A stretch of 64,000 bases of DNA from NCBI GenBank assembly GCA_976551045.1, contig CDPCPM010000241.1, positions 5,270,001 to 5,334,000 of the forward strand, written 5' to 3'. Of the stretch, positions 35,026 to 47,818 are shown in pieces. Within the stretch, counting starts at the first letter, position 1. Each line of letters begins with the position of its first letter. The DNA comes from Glaucostegus cemiculus. Lineage: Eukaryota. A model generated the notes under the pieces. It was not told where the DNA came from and ran no database searches. It saw only the letters and a list, made by a program, of their open reading frames with translations. The position numbers and the translations under genes are program-made.

Positions 35026-38000
35026 GCAGAACGTAGAGGCATTCACCACTCCGGGGCTGCGTGGGGGTTATCTGAAATAAATCTCGACATCGCCCACCTA
35101 CCTCTCGAAAAGTTCAGATGTGAAAGCCTCGGCGCGCATATTTGCTGAATGGGATGAGTAATTAGAGGGCGAAAATATTACTGCGATCTTAACGATTCTC
35201 CTTAAGTCTGGAAGATAGGGGGAAAGTAAATGGGAGAGCCTGTAATACTCGTTGGAATAGAGGGTTCCTAACTGAGACAGTTTACACATGATTTGCACGT
35301 AGTTTCATTCTGCTGGTATGAGCATTAATAGTACTGGGGAATAAAAGAAAAATGAGATCATTAGACCCATCTTTATGTCATGGCTATATATCTAGAAGGG
35401 GAATGTTTTAATCTGCCTTTAGCACTGCGCTTTCTTCGTGCTCGTAACTCCTCTTAATTAATAACGTAACTGCCAACCCGAAGCCGGTTTTCTTGGATTC
35501 TGCAATAATGATACTGTACATTGTTATGGCATTGAGTATGGATCATTGAAGCTTGTGTTAAGGACTTCGCGCAGATAGGGCTATGTGGGAGTCCATGCAA
35601 CGGATGTGGATAGTCCGCAGGTAGATGTTACACGCTATATTAGAGGGGAAAAAAGTATTTAATTTTAAATCATTGGCTTGAAGTTGCTGAAATCATGGTT
35701 TATGTTTTAATGCTATTATTCGATCGGTGCCAACGCCAGGCGTTCTATTGGTCATCGGTGCCGTGCAACTATAGTTTATGATTAGGTATGTTTGCCTTTA
35801 AGAAGGGTTTAATCAGCATCTTGAGCTGTTGGCTCTTTTGTTTGGCTTCTGTAACTATGGAAGTGTGATTTACAAAGATTTGTACGGGTCATGGATGTCT
35901 TTCCAGCCTTACTGTGTATATTTAGACAGGACTTTACTTGGTGTTAAAAAGTGTATATTTTGAATGGGTTCACACACAGTAGCGAACAATACGGACATTG
36001 TACCGGATTGTACAACGCGTATTGAAACGCAGCATCCAGACTTCAACTAATCTGCTTTCAATAAAGCTGAAATAATTATCCTAAGCCGCCTTTCTACGGG
36101 GGAAAAATCATTGAGGAATTCAAAACTTTTTTTTAAGTTTTCTTCCACATTCCAATGCAGATCGGAGGAAACGAGAGGTGTACGGTAACAGCCCAATCTG
36201 CTTTTCAAACTCAGATGAAAAAAGATATTGCAATTTTGAAAAAAAGGGAACAGAGAGCGAATTTGCCTTGCACAAAGATAATAACGCTAATGGGTGGTAT
36301 GGGTTCTGTAGTGGACTGCAAACTGTTTGCGCTCCTGTCATAGCGCACTCCGCATGAAGTAATTCCAAGTGGCACATGAATAGATCCAGTTGGGAAGGTT
36401 GTTCAACTGGAAACAGCGATGCTGTATTACACATTCGCTGTGGATTTCTATTAAAAAGTATCATCAACGCCCATTTAAATACTCTAAATTGTTTCATTCA
36501 GGAACAGCACAAGAGGATAGGAAGCTCCTAGCAGCATAATCTCTACTTGTATAATCATTTTAATTTTCGTTCATTGCTTCACAAAACAAAGGGTGGGGAA
36601 AGAATGTTTGGCGAAATGTTTCTAAAATGTTGAATTATTATCCCTGTAGATTAACCCTATGAGGTGCGCGGTAATCCGTATTTATTTATTTATTTGTTTG
36701 TTTGTTTCAGGCACATGGGGAGCCTCCGTTTTATCCGCTCGCTAAAGGAGAGCGCCTTAAAAAGGCAAAGGTTTCGTTGTACAATGTGTCGCGCAGTCTT
36801 ATGAACAACCGGCAACATAAATCAGTTCAAATGGTAGGTGGCATCAATATTTATTTTCTGCTCTATGCAACGATGTGGAAAAGTAAAAATCTATAGGTTT
36901 TTTTTTCTCTCTGCGTATATATGTATTTATAATGTATACGTTTGCAGGTGTTAAGAATAAAAGCAGAGAACGACTAGGTTGTCAGAGCCTATTCGAGACA
37001 CATTCATAAAGCTACAAGCACATAATTATTCGCCCAATCTTTGTGTGAAGAGTACTGGGTGTAAATGGCTTTTTAATGACGGCAGCTGGCCGCTTCTGTT
37101 TGTAGCAGCGACCGTCAATGAAACGGCTTCATTCAAAGCTCCGAGTCCTGTCCGGCTCAAGTAACTGTAACCCCTCAAATAGAAAGAAACGTTAAAGTTT
37201 CACAGATATTAAGAAATTCAGCAATTAGACAAAGTGACAGACCAGCATCCGAAAGCCGTGAATATATCCAGGACTCTTTCCCCGGAGAAACCTTTCATTA
37301 ATTCCCTGTAAGTTTCTGTTTCATTAGAATTGTTTTAAGTTCTCGTAACCGCGACTAGGTCCTACCGTTCTGCACTTTCACAACATGGAACATAGAACAG
37401 TAAAGCACATGATTAAAGTTGAATTGCCAGTGTTCACAAACTGTTAAAGCCTGGTTAACACGGACATTCAAAGTCCAGCGGAGCTTGATCAACCATAAAA
37501 GTTTACACAGCTGAAGGAGCGGAAGTGTGGGTACTTCAACATAACGTTGAATCCATGTGTATTTAAGAACAATATTATCAACAGAATTAGTCTAGTCTGT
37601 TGGCATAACCTAGAATGTGTCGAATAATAATAACAGAATGATAAAGATTGAACTTTCTATTGTGTTTCTTTTATTAACTCAATGTACAATGCACTGCCTT
37701 GAGATTTGTTACCTATTTCATGGAGTGGGATTGGCGCATTGATTATTTAATATTTTTGGTATTGTCATGTCACCTTGTCGGTACTAATGTCGCAACTACA
37801 ATTGAGACCCATTAATTTGGCTTTTGTTCTGCTTTGCTTTGTGTTGCTTGTTAAATTTCCAATTTGTTTTCTATCCTCTACAACTGTTTCCTTTATTCTT
37901 TCCTCTTGCATTGACCTTGTCTCCTTAAGGTGGCTGGTTAAATATGAGCTCCACTGGGCCTGTGTCTCCTGACGCTATTTTCAATACCAAGACGGGCTGC

Positions 38001-41000
38001 AGACAGCTCAGATCCATCTATTGCCTGCACAGCGCGTCTTTAATCCTCAGCGCTGAAACATTTTACTTGTATGATTCATTTTCAGTTTTTAATGCATTAT
38101 TAATTGTATTGTCCCTGATATGTTCGCATTACTTAAATATGATTTCTATTCGCTAATAATCTTTTTTTTTTGGTATGCGTGTACATGTAAAGCTACAGCG
38201 ACTGCGTTTCATCTGGTTTTATCGCAGATAAAGCAGGGTAACGTTTGCACTTTAAATCATTTAAATGCAAGCGGTTACAACTCAATGAAGGACAAATGTG
38301 GAAATAAACATCTAAATAATAATGGAAACTCCCTCCAAAAATAAATTTCAGTACGCCTGAAATATAATGCAGAAAACAATAAGACAATTTGCAGACACAT
38401 TAAAGCCAACAACATAGGTTATATTGATTAATTTATTCTCTTACAAATTACATTAGTGGAATGTTTAAAGATGCAATATTTCGTTTTAGATTTGCATAAC
38501 CCGCAGGTGCACCATCCAGTGAAATATATTCCACAAAGTTGCTTTTCCAGTGATTTTAATTTAAGGCGGTAAATGTAAAAAAGTTAAATAGGCAGGGTGA
38601 CTCATCGGATGACAATGAACACCTTCATAAAAAAACAGCTCTAATTCAGCAACTTATTATCAAATGAAGAGCATTCTCCCTTCTCAACCTATACGCCGGT
38701 AACATTGTGATTACAGTAAGATTCAACAGATAAACAGCTTACGTTAGGACTTGAGCGTAATAAGTTTCAATTTGAAGTCGCGCTCACGGATCAGGACTGA
38801 CGAGAGAGCATTTAAGTTTTAACCCTATAGCTGCAGCACGATCCAAAGCCGACTAACCAATCTTCCCTCATCAAGAACAATCATCAAACCAACCTGCTTT
38901 TATATGGCTCCTTAAACGTAACACAATTCAACCAACAAAACTTAACCTCGAGACACGTAAAAGGATATTCGGACAAATAGCCCAAAGGCTGATCAAGCTG
39001 CTCCTCCGGGGAGGAAAGGGACATAGGAAGTTTTTTTCGGGAGGTAGGGCGATTCCGGATCTTAAGTCCTGCAAGTGGAAGAGGCATAACTTCCAGAGAT
39101 GTGCAGCGATTAACATCGGGAATACCCCATAAACCAAAAATGCAGGAACTCAGCTATGTCCAGAGTCCCTGAGTCAAGATAACAGAGACGGGGAGGGGTG
39201 AGCTCATGGAGTGATTTCAAAATAAAGATGAGAAGTTTAATATCGAAGTGTAATCTGGAGCAGTAGCCGATGACCGATGTTTAATTTTTTTTTAAATCAC
39301 CAACCTTTTAGAGTTTGTCATTAGAATTACAATAATGGAAACAATTAGCGGGCCGCTTTAATAATCAGGCGGCCTGGGAAGGAATAGCTTTCTCCGTAAA
39401 CTTTTATTTAAAAGAAGCACCGATTGCCAGGCTGAAGATTTTATTATGTTGATGTCATTTAAGAATGTAGACAATAAGCTTCTCATAGATTAGAAGGAAC
39501 CGTTTTGCTTTTCCAATCGTGTTTGCCATCAACCCTCTGTTCAGCAGAGATGAATGCGCAGTTTGTGGTGAGAGTTGGAAACAGGTATCAAATGATGCGG
39601 TTGAAAAACTTTCACTCTTTTACTTGGGGCATTTGCAAATTCTTGCCCGTCACTTTTCTTGTGGCCTTCATTAAGTGTATATCCTGCAAGGGGCAGAGCG
39701 TTACACGACGTCTGTCCAATCAGGAGATTTGCACGCCTTGTTAGCGATATTTAATGAGGTCACCCTATAGACAAGAAATAAAGGCGCCTTACCGTAGATT
39801 TACCTTATGTCAACTCGTTACTTCTAATGAATTGAACAAAGATGTGAGCCCAAGCCCAGGAAATTTAGCAGCGTTTTTTTGTGGTGATGGATGGTGGGGG
39901 CGGGGATAGGGATGGTGGTGAAGTTGCTGGGAGGAGGAGAGGGTGAAGGGTGAATGCCGGGCTTCCTGCTACCGGGTTATGTGTGTATGTGTCAAAACGA
40001 ATTAGTTACATGAATAAAAGCACTGAATCCAGTTCAACACAATATAATATCATATGGTGCTATCATGGCTCATTGGTCAGTCGGCTTGACATTTCAATCT
40101 GCTTTAGTCAAAAAAAGTTGACTTAACTGCCTCTACATAATCGGTCCCTCGAGCGGCCCAAAGCAGATGCCCATCTTGAGTTCTCCCGAATAAAACCGCT
40201 CGATTGCTATGAAATTCAGGTAACCTTTCGATTGCCAATTGCTTGCTTTTGGCGGATGGCATTGTGCTTTTCCCCCCACTGAGTTAGCACTTAAAAATCA
40301 ATTAGTCTTTTGAAATCTTAAAGTAAATTATTCGAAACAAATGTATAGTGCTCCCCGAGGGAGAGCGGAGCGAGGATAAAAGGTTTCTTTTAATGTTGTT
40401 TTATTCCAAAAAGCCTCTGACAGATGATGAAAGAACAATTTGCCAAATCAGTTCCCGTTTCACTAGCTGAGCGCCTTCATTAATTTGTGCGTGTGAGAAC
40501 TACCTCCTTACAGTAGGAAAATAATGCTGCCGGAACTTTTCACGCTGGTGATGATTACTTTATTTGGATTACGGACAGCTTGTTATAGATAAACGGGAGC
40601 TACACAATCCCGGCTCAAGAATCACCATCCCCCATGCTATCGAACACTCTACACTATAGACTAATTCTAATCCATTAGCCTAGCCTGCAGCAGATACATT
40701 GATTTCCATCGCCTGCATTGCACTCAACAGATGAGTCAGTCAAGCGCAAGGTTTTAACGTTAGAGGATTATCGTGCCACTTCACTAAATAATAATATTAA
40801 TACTAATAAATGAACGAGAAAACAGGATCTTCATTTTTCGTAGGCTTTTGGCAATATACTATTCTTCTCTAAAAGATCTATGTGCTAATGTAGTAATATG
40901 TTCAAAGTTAAAGCGCATGTTTCCGCTGCAATAGCATATTTTGTTTAACCAATAATTGGCATATCCACCCCGCATCTAGGGGTGAGTACCTTACAGGGCT

Positions 41001-43244
41001 TTTCCATGTAAGAAATGAGAAAATGTTTAAATACACGGCCATTTATATGACAATTTCCGAATACTGATAATAATCAGTATCACCATAATTTTCCTTTACT
41101 TATGAACATCTTCAAAATTATTACCGAACCTGTATATTTCCGACTATAAAGGAAACAGTGCACTTAACATTACTGTAGTTAATCACAGCGTATTCCTTCT
41201 GTCAAAGTTTTCTCGCAAACTTCGAACTGTAGTGCGGCAGCGGTCTCAGTTGCTCTGGGGAAAGGAAGGGCCTCTGAATAAAACTGAAGTGGTTAACTGT
41301 TACTATTTGAATATGAGCAGATCGATGCATAATGCGTTATTGTTATGGTTACAACTATTGTTTAGTTACATATGCCAGTTAGGAATCAAAAGTCTGGGTG
41401 ACAGCATAGAATTAAAATCATAACAACAGTCTTTTCAATTTGTTTTCCGATGCATGGGCTGGATTTCATTCAATAGAAAGAGAGGGCGATTTTTGTGGCA
41501 GAAAAACGTGTGGAATGAATACTTAATTTTAGTTAAAATCCAAATAAAACATATGTGATCTTAGTCAGCTTCGGGAATCTATCCCCGTGATTATTGTTCG
41601 CCTGAGCACCAGTATTAAGCACAATTCACCGTGCTTAATACCTGTATGAAATTAGAAAATAGAAACATCCTGTAAAAGTAGTGACAGAAATTGAGAAATG
41701 ATAACCTATCCTCTCACTGTTTTTTTCTATCAATTTAACTGTTTTTAAAACTAAACAATAGATCATTGAAACGGCATGTTTTGTTTACAATAGTTGCCAA
41801 GTATTTGTGTGATGAATTATGACAAGTCTCGAGCTAATTATATTCCACTTTACACAACAGCAGTATTCTGATAACAATCGTTTGCAGCATGCCATTGCAT
41901 TCTTGTGTAAATTAGTACTCTATATCGCGACGTGTTAAAAGATTTGAATGGACTGTTGATTTGTCCAACGATCACTTAATCAGTTACACGATGAGGCAGA
42001 CAATTCTTTTTCTCGCTGCTGACTGATTTGACTATTAATGCCATATAGCCCTTGTTGTAATAGCCGACAATAATAAACGATGGAACTGATAATCAGTTGA
42101 ATTAGCCGCTACTTTTGATTATTTGCACTATAGTTAGATTAAAGATTTGATTAAATTCAACAGTGGTGGGTGATTTCCGGTGGGGGGGGGGGTGTAAGAT
42201 AAAGATTATCTTTATCGAACAACTTTTGAGATGGGACTGACTTCACTTTGTGAACATATTCTAGTGTGTGAGCTGTTGCTCATCCAGGATTCTGCGCGAT
42301 TTAAGTTCATTGTGTTTTATTCAATGTACGTGATTTGTCAGCATACAACGCTTTCCAAATCAGATTTTTTAAAAAGCTCAGGGTTACAGGGAAGCCATGT
42401 TTAGCATCCATCAGTAATATCACAAGGAGATGATAATGCTGGCAATATATTTTCCTCTTCCTTCATTTCCCATTTTTCATCACAAATCTTACACAACGTA
42501 CTTGAAAATACATTGGCGCATGATCAACAAGTTGTACAGATTTTGCTTTAAACTGATTTTTTTGTTGGAAACACAAACGCCTCTATTATTTAACAGCATA
42601 TGATCAGTATTAAATACAAAGCTGGTGCCGAGTCCCTGTCGGGCACGCTAAGTGTAGCGAGTTGCTGCAGGTTTGAACTTTCAGACTGTTATGTGAAGTG
42701 CGAAAATGTGCTTGTTCTAATTAGTGGATGAAAGAATCAGATTTTGTTCCAGCCCTATCACTCGTCCTCACTCTTTACACAAAAGGATTCTGAGTATCAA
42801 TAATCCTTTTTGCTAATTTTTTCAAAGTCCTCGCCATTTAGGACTCGAAATTGAAACGATTTAAAAATAATTTTTCACCTGTACAAAGAGTGGACGGTAT
42901 TTAAATCACCGGGCCTCCAGTGTGCCCGAGCAATAGATACACAACCACATTGGGACGTGTATGGCACATTGTAATACGAACAATGTGATGTAGGTTGGGT
43001 AATAATTTCACCAAGCGTGCCTTCCTTTGACATAATTGTCAGCTGAAATCAAATGGTGAAAATCGTTTACAGACTGGTTTGTGAAAAGGTTGTGTGTAGA
43101 TGTGCACCACTCCGTGCACTTTAATTTGTTCTCAATCGGATGAAGTATGTTTCCTATTGCGCTCACTGACTTGTGCATCTATTTATCTAAACCATCACTC
43201 CTTCAATTATAATACCAGCTATGGAAGCATTGAAACATTGAAAC

Positions 43245-44880
43245 AAAATCACGACACTGAAGGCGAACCATTCGGTCTATCATGTTCCTGTTGGTCGGAA
43301 AAGATTTACCCAGTCTGATTGCACCTTCTGGTGCTAGGGCTCTGGGACGGCACATCACGACTCCAAGTAAACTTTCAAGTTCCCTTCAAATGCAATGAGT
43401 ATTTTTGCCTTTACCGTCGCTTCAGGCAGCGAGTTCCAGACGCTCACCACCTTCTAGGAAAATAAAAGGTTATTCGTCTCCCTGATAAATCTTCTATTAA
43501 TTACTTCAAATCCATAAGTTTGAAGCCTTTACTTTGGGAAGTAGGTCCTTCCTATTTATCTAGGCGTCTCACGGATTTTTACAGCTCAATTAATTTTTGC
43601 CTCAGTCTTCTCTGTTCCAAGGCAATCAATCCAAACGTTTCTGATAATTGCATATTTTCAATCCTCTCAAGATCGCTGTGAATATTCTCCGTACTTCCTT
43701 ACTGGAATGTGGTAACCGGAACAGACTGTAGTCAGTTGTATATAATTCTAGCATTACATCCCCTCCTCTATCCTGTGGGTCGGCTAATAAAGGAAAACAT
43801 CCTGCATGCCCCTTTAACCATCTATGGACCTGTCCTGTTAATATCGAGCAAAGTGTAGAAAGAAGGCGACCTCGACACGTCTGGTCAATATTCTTTGCTC
43901 AATATTTTGCCGTTAATTGTGTTTTTACCTTGCAATGTTGCATCTCACCGTTCACTACCTCACTTGATTAAATTCTACTTGCCATTTTCTACCATCAGCT
44001 AAAGTTCTTTATAAACAAGACAAAACTCCCTATTGATAACCACTATCAACATTTATTACCCCACTTTTAATAGATTTAAATACGATAAACAACACTGAAA
44101 TAGAAGCATCGACCTTCTCGACTGCACGGGTATTTACACGTCAGGAGACCCTTCCCCTGTTTGCTATAATTCATGGCAGTGTCCAACTGTTTTCTCTCAT
44201 ATACTTCCCTGGTTATCATTTAAAACATGCAAAGTACTCATACCAACCAATTGCAGTGACAGTGAGGTCTCTGATCAAAAATCCATTTCGGATTAGATGT
44301 AACTATCGGCAATGGACGGCCGATGCTTTGGATTCTCCTGTTGTGGGAATGTTCTCTGCTTTTATAACACCAACAAGTTATTTTTTCATCAGGTTACTTC
44401 TAATTCTTCCCTTTTCTGAAATTCTGATCACTCATCTGCTGCTTCCCTTGTATGTTTTCGAGTGCTTTGAAGTCCTTTTCTTTATGGTGACCAGAGGTGG
44501 GTGCAGATCTGGTTAGGTTCCTGCACAAGTAATTTCACCAATTTTGTATTGTCCTTATGGGAAAGAAAGTCCACATCGTGTTCGCATTTTACATTGTTTT
44601 GCTAATCTGCGTTGCTGTTTCTAATTATTTTTATTCACAGGTATCCTTTTGCTCTTGTTCTCCATTTTTTCTTATTTTTCAAAGTTTAGATTATGTTTCT
44701 GCTTTTTATAACCAGCAACGTTCTTAACTTCATTTTTATCTGTTAAAGTCCATTGCCAATTTAAGTGCCTAGATTGTAAATTTCCTAAACTCCTCTTGCT
44801 TTATCCTGCATTCTTTATTCGTATTATATATACCCCACTGATACAATCCACAGATGATAGGGGCTTCTAGTAAGTCCAAT
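43245..44880 (-). mobile_element. Ancient CR1 LINE remnants (probably two pieces)
   Basis: cttcaggcagcgagttccagacgctcaccacc, ctcagtcttctctgttccaagg, aaaggaaaacatcctgcatgcc, ttaaattctacttgccatt are reverse complements of CR1 RT C-terminal motifs. A second similar block lies at ~44330-44880. Confidence 0.65.
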
Positions 44881-45664
44881 TGCAATGGGTGCAGATGCCG
44901 TTTGGGTCGAATGATATGAAAATCAAAGACTTACCAACACAATTTACACAGACATAAACTTTAGAAGAGAATAACCAGAGTCAATCGCTCCACTGAGCAG
45001 TATTAGTTATGTTTTGGCGTCAGAACATGCACGATAATAATTGTCCATTCTTGCATCATTGTCGTCATTGCTCAACAATGCAACGCATTCCCTTAGAGTT
45101 CTGTGAGCTTTGTGGTTGGTGGATGTGTGCATTAAGTGTGATTCTCTACGCATGACTGCCTCTGTTGCCATTCCAATGGTTTTATGTAGGCTTCATGGGT
45201 AGCCTGGTTTCTGTTCCATGCGTTATTTCCAATGTCCAAGTGGTACATTCCCCATTCTTTATCTTGCAAAGCAAAACGTTCACATATTTTGTAACAAAGT
45301 AGTAACACGCCAAGTCTTGGCCTCGCGGTGGAATTTCCCAAATGTTTCCTACTGTCCTGCAATCTACTTATCATTCTTCATCGCAAAACATTTTTAAGAT
45401 ATGTAGTTTATTCAACAACAAGCAACTTGTCTAGTTTTTAAAAGTATTTGTCTTTATTATGAATAAATAAAGAAGTTATCCACTGCTAAATTATACTTTC
45501 TGTCGTCAACCCTCCAGTTTCAAATGTTAAGAGTTCTTTTTACCGATTGATTATTAGTGATACCAGAGTAAAGCACCGATAATCTATTAAATATCTTTAC
45601 GAGTTTTCAACCTGGTGCCAAATTTATACCAAACTAATTTCGAAAAGAGTGCTCCAATTGAAAC

Positions 45665-46285
45665 GATAGAGCAACAGGACAAGAGAACACCACAGCACAG
45701 GAACAGCTCCTTTGGCCCACGATGTCTGCGTTGACCATGACTCCAATCTAAACTTATCCCATCTGCCTGCACAAGGTCCATTGCCCTCTATTCACTGCCT
45801 GTTCCTGTGTCTGTCTAAATGCTTCTAAACTGTTGTTATTTATCTGAATCCACCACTTCCCCTGGCAGCGTGTTCTAGGCACCGACGGTCTCCACGTAAG
45901 CAGATTGCTTGTAAATCTCCTTTAAACCTCCCCCCTCTAGTATTTGATATTTCTATCCTGGGAAAAAAAGATTCTCACTATCTACCCCATCTATGACTTT
46001 CATTAGTTTGTGTACTTCTATCAGTCTGCCCCCAGTCTCTGACGCTCCAGAGAAAACAATCCAGATTTGAAAAACCGCTCCTTATATTTAATACTCTCTA
46101 ATCCAGGCAGCATCCTGGTGAACCTCATTTGCACCCTCTCCAATGCCTCCACATCTTCCCTGTAATGTGGAGACCATAATACTCCAAATGTAGCCTAAGC
46201 AAAGTTTTATACAGCTGCAGCATGACTTACCAGCTTTTATACTCAAAGCCCCCACTTATGAAGGCAAGTATGCATTATGTATCTA
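45665..46285 (-). mobile_element. CR1 LINE 3' fragment
   Basis: cacagcacaggaacagctcctttggcccacgatgtctg tail and ctctaatccaggcagcatcctggtgaacctcatttgcaccctctcc (reverse: ERVQMRFTRMLPGLE). Confidence 0.92.
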
Positions 46286-46369
46286 CCACCCTATCCACGT
46301 GTTGCAATGTTTATGATTTTTCAAAGAATAATTCTCTATATATTGCACTTCAATTCCAATCCCCTCCCC

Positions 46370-46565
46370 ACACCAACCCCATCCCCTCCAATTTTATACA
46401 CTGCACCTGGACTATAACACTTTATTCTGCACGTTGAGTATTGTTTTACCTTGTACTACCACAATGCATTGTTGTAATGTATTGATCTGTATGTACGGTA
46501 TGCAAGACAAGTTTTTCACTGTACCTCGGTATATGTGACAATAATAAACCAATTTACCAATTACT
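46370..46565 (+). mobile_element. Rex1/Babar-type LINE 3' UTR tail
   Basis: gatctgtatg...caagtttttcactgtacctcggtatatgtgacaataataaaccaatttaccaatttac is the reverse complement of the tail of the element at 60232-60612. Confidence 0.75.
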
Positions 46566-46814
46566 GATTTATATGTGTGCTTCTTCTTAAACCACGGTCA
46601 ATTTATTTAATCATAATAAGTCACAATTGCACAGTCTTTTAATAACAAATGGTAAGAACTTGAGCATCAGTATGTAGCCAAATATATAGTCAATCTCTTT
46701 CAAGTGTGAAAAGTCAATTGCGGAAAAATGGGAAAGATCCACAAATTTGTCTGGACAGTGACAGGTGTGATTGTGCCATTGATGCGCACACCGGTTGGAT
46801 GGGCAGATCCGCAG

Positions 46815-47008
46815 NNNNNNNNNNNNNNNNNNNNNNNNNNNNNNNNNNNNNNNNNNNNNNNNNNNNNNNNNNNNNNNNNNNNNNNNNNNNNNNNNNNNNN
46901 NNNNNNNNNNNNNNNNNNNNNNNNNNNNNNNNNNNNNNNNNNNNNNNNNNNNNNNNNNNNNNNNNNNNNNNNNNNNNNNNNNNNNNNNNNNNNNNNNNNN
47001 NNNNNNNN
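46815..47008. other. Assembly gap (194 N)
   Basis: Run of N. Confidence 1.
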
Positions 47009-47293
47009 TTTTATTCATATCGAAACAATCTTCTAATATAGCTACAGCGTCGAGAGATTGACTTTTGTGGAAATTTTGGCCTGTTTTTCAAAGGCTGTTT
47101 GAATTTACTTTGAGCAATTCACTAAAAGTAACCTCTTCTCTCCAGTTATGTCCGTGGCATTAATCCAGGACGGCCGCAATCTCCAATTTCATGTAAACAC
47201 ACACGTATCAACGGCAATGTCTAGACCGTTTGGATTATGACCTGCGGAAAGTCACTTCGCGACTAGGGTGGCGAATGAGTTGGTGCTGGGGAG

Positions 47294-47520
47294 GGTGGCG
47301 CTGAAGAAGTGTTGCTATTTTGCATTGGTGGCACAAGGCGTGTTCTACTTTACATTGTATCTAATAGGTCACCCAGGCCTTGGTCAGCTCAATACATATT
47401 GTTATCTTTGTTCTGAAGACAATCAGGTCTTTACAATAAATATAAGTACATGTATTTGAGGTACAGCACGCTTTGTACCACTAATAAAATGATTTTTAAA
47501 TATCATTCTTCAGCGCCACC
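47294..47520. repeat. Degenerate long inverted repeat with CTCF-like termini
   Basis: GGTGGCGCTGAAGAA (47294-47308) is the exact reverse complement of 47506-47520. 47324-47350 matches the reverse complement of 47459-47485 at 21/27. Confidence 0.8.
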
Positions 47521-47679
47521 TCCTCGCCACACTTTGACCATCCTGGACGCGAATTAACTCGCTGTAGCTGATAGTCCTCAGTGGAGCATTAGTTATTCAG
47601 CACTTGGGATTGCCGAAGAAAGATCATTTTCCCTCCTTTCAGAACGAGCAGTCTAAGGCAACACATCATACTTCTAGAT

Positions 47680-47818
47680 ACAAAAGGGATCAATGGGTAT
47701 GGGGAAAGAGTGGGAATATGGTGTTGAAGCAGGCAGTCTGCCATGATCGCTTTAAAAGGCAGGGCAGGCTCAAAGGGCCGAATGGCTTTCTTCTGCTCCC
47801 CTTTTTATGTTTTTATGT
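47680..47818 (+). mobile_element. CR1 3' tail fragment
   Basis: gggatcaatgggtatggggaaagagtggga...gccatgatcg...ggctcaaagggccgaatggctttcttctgctccc...tatg. Confidence 0.85.

Noticed and set aside
46611-47061. ORFs spanning N runs (also 56181-56426)
   Set aside because: Artefacts of assembly gaps.
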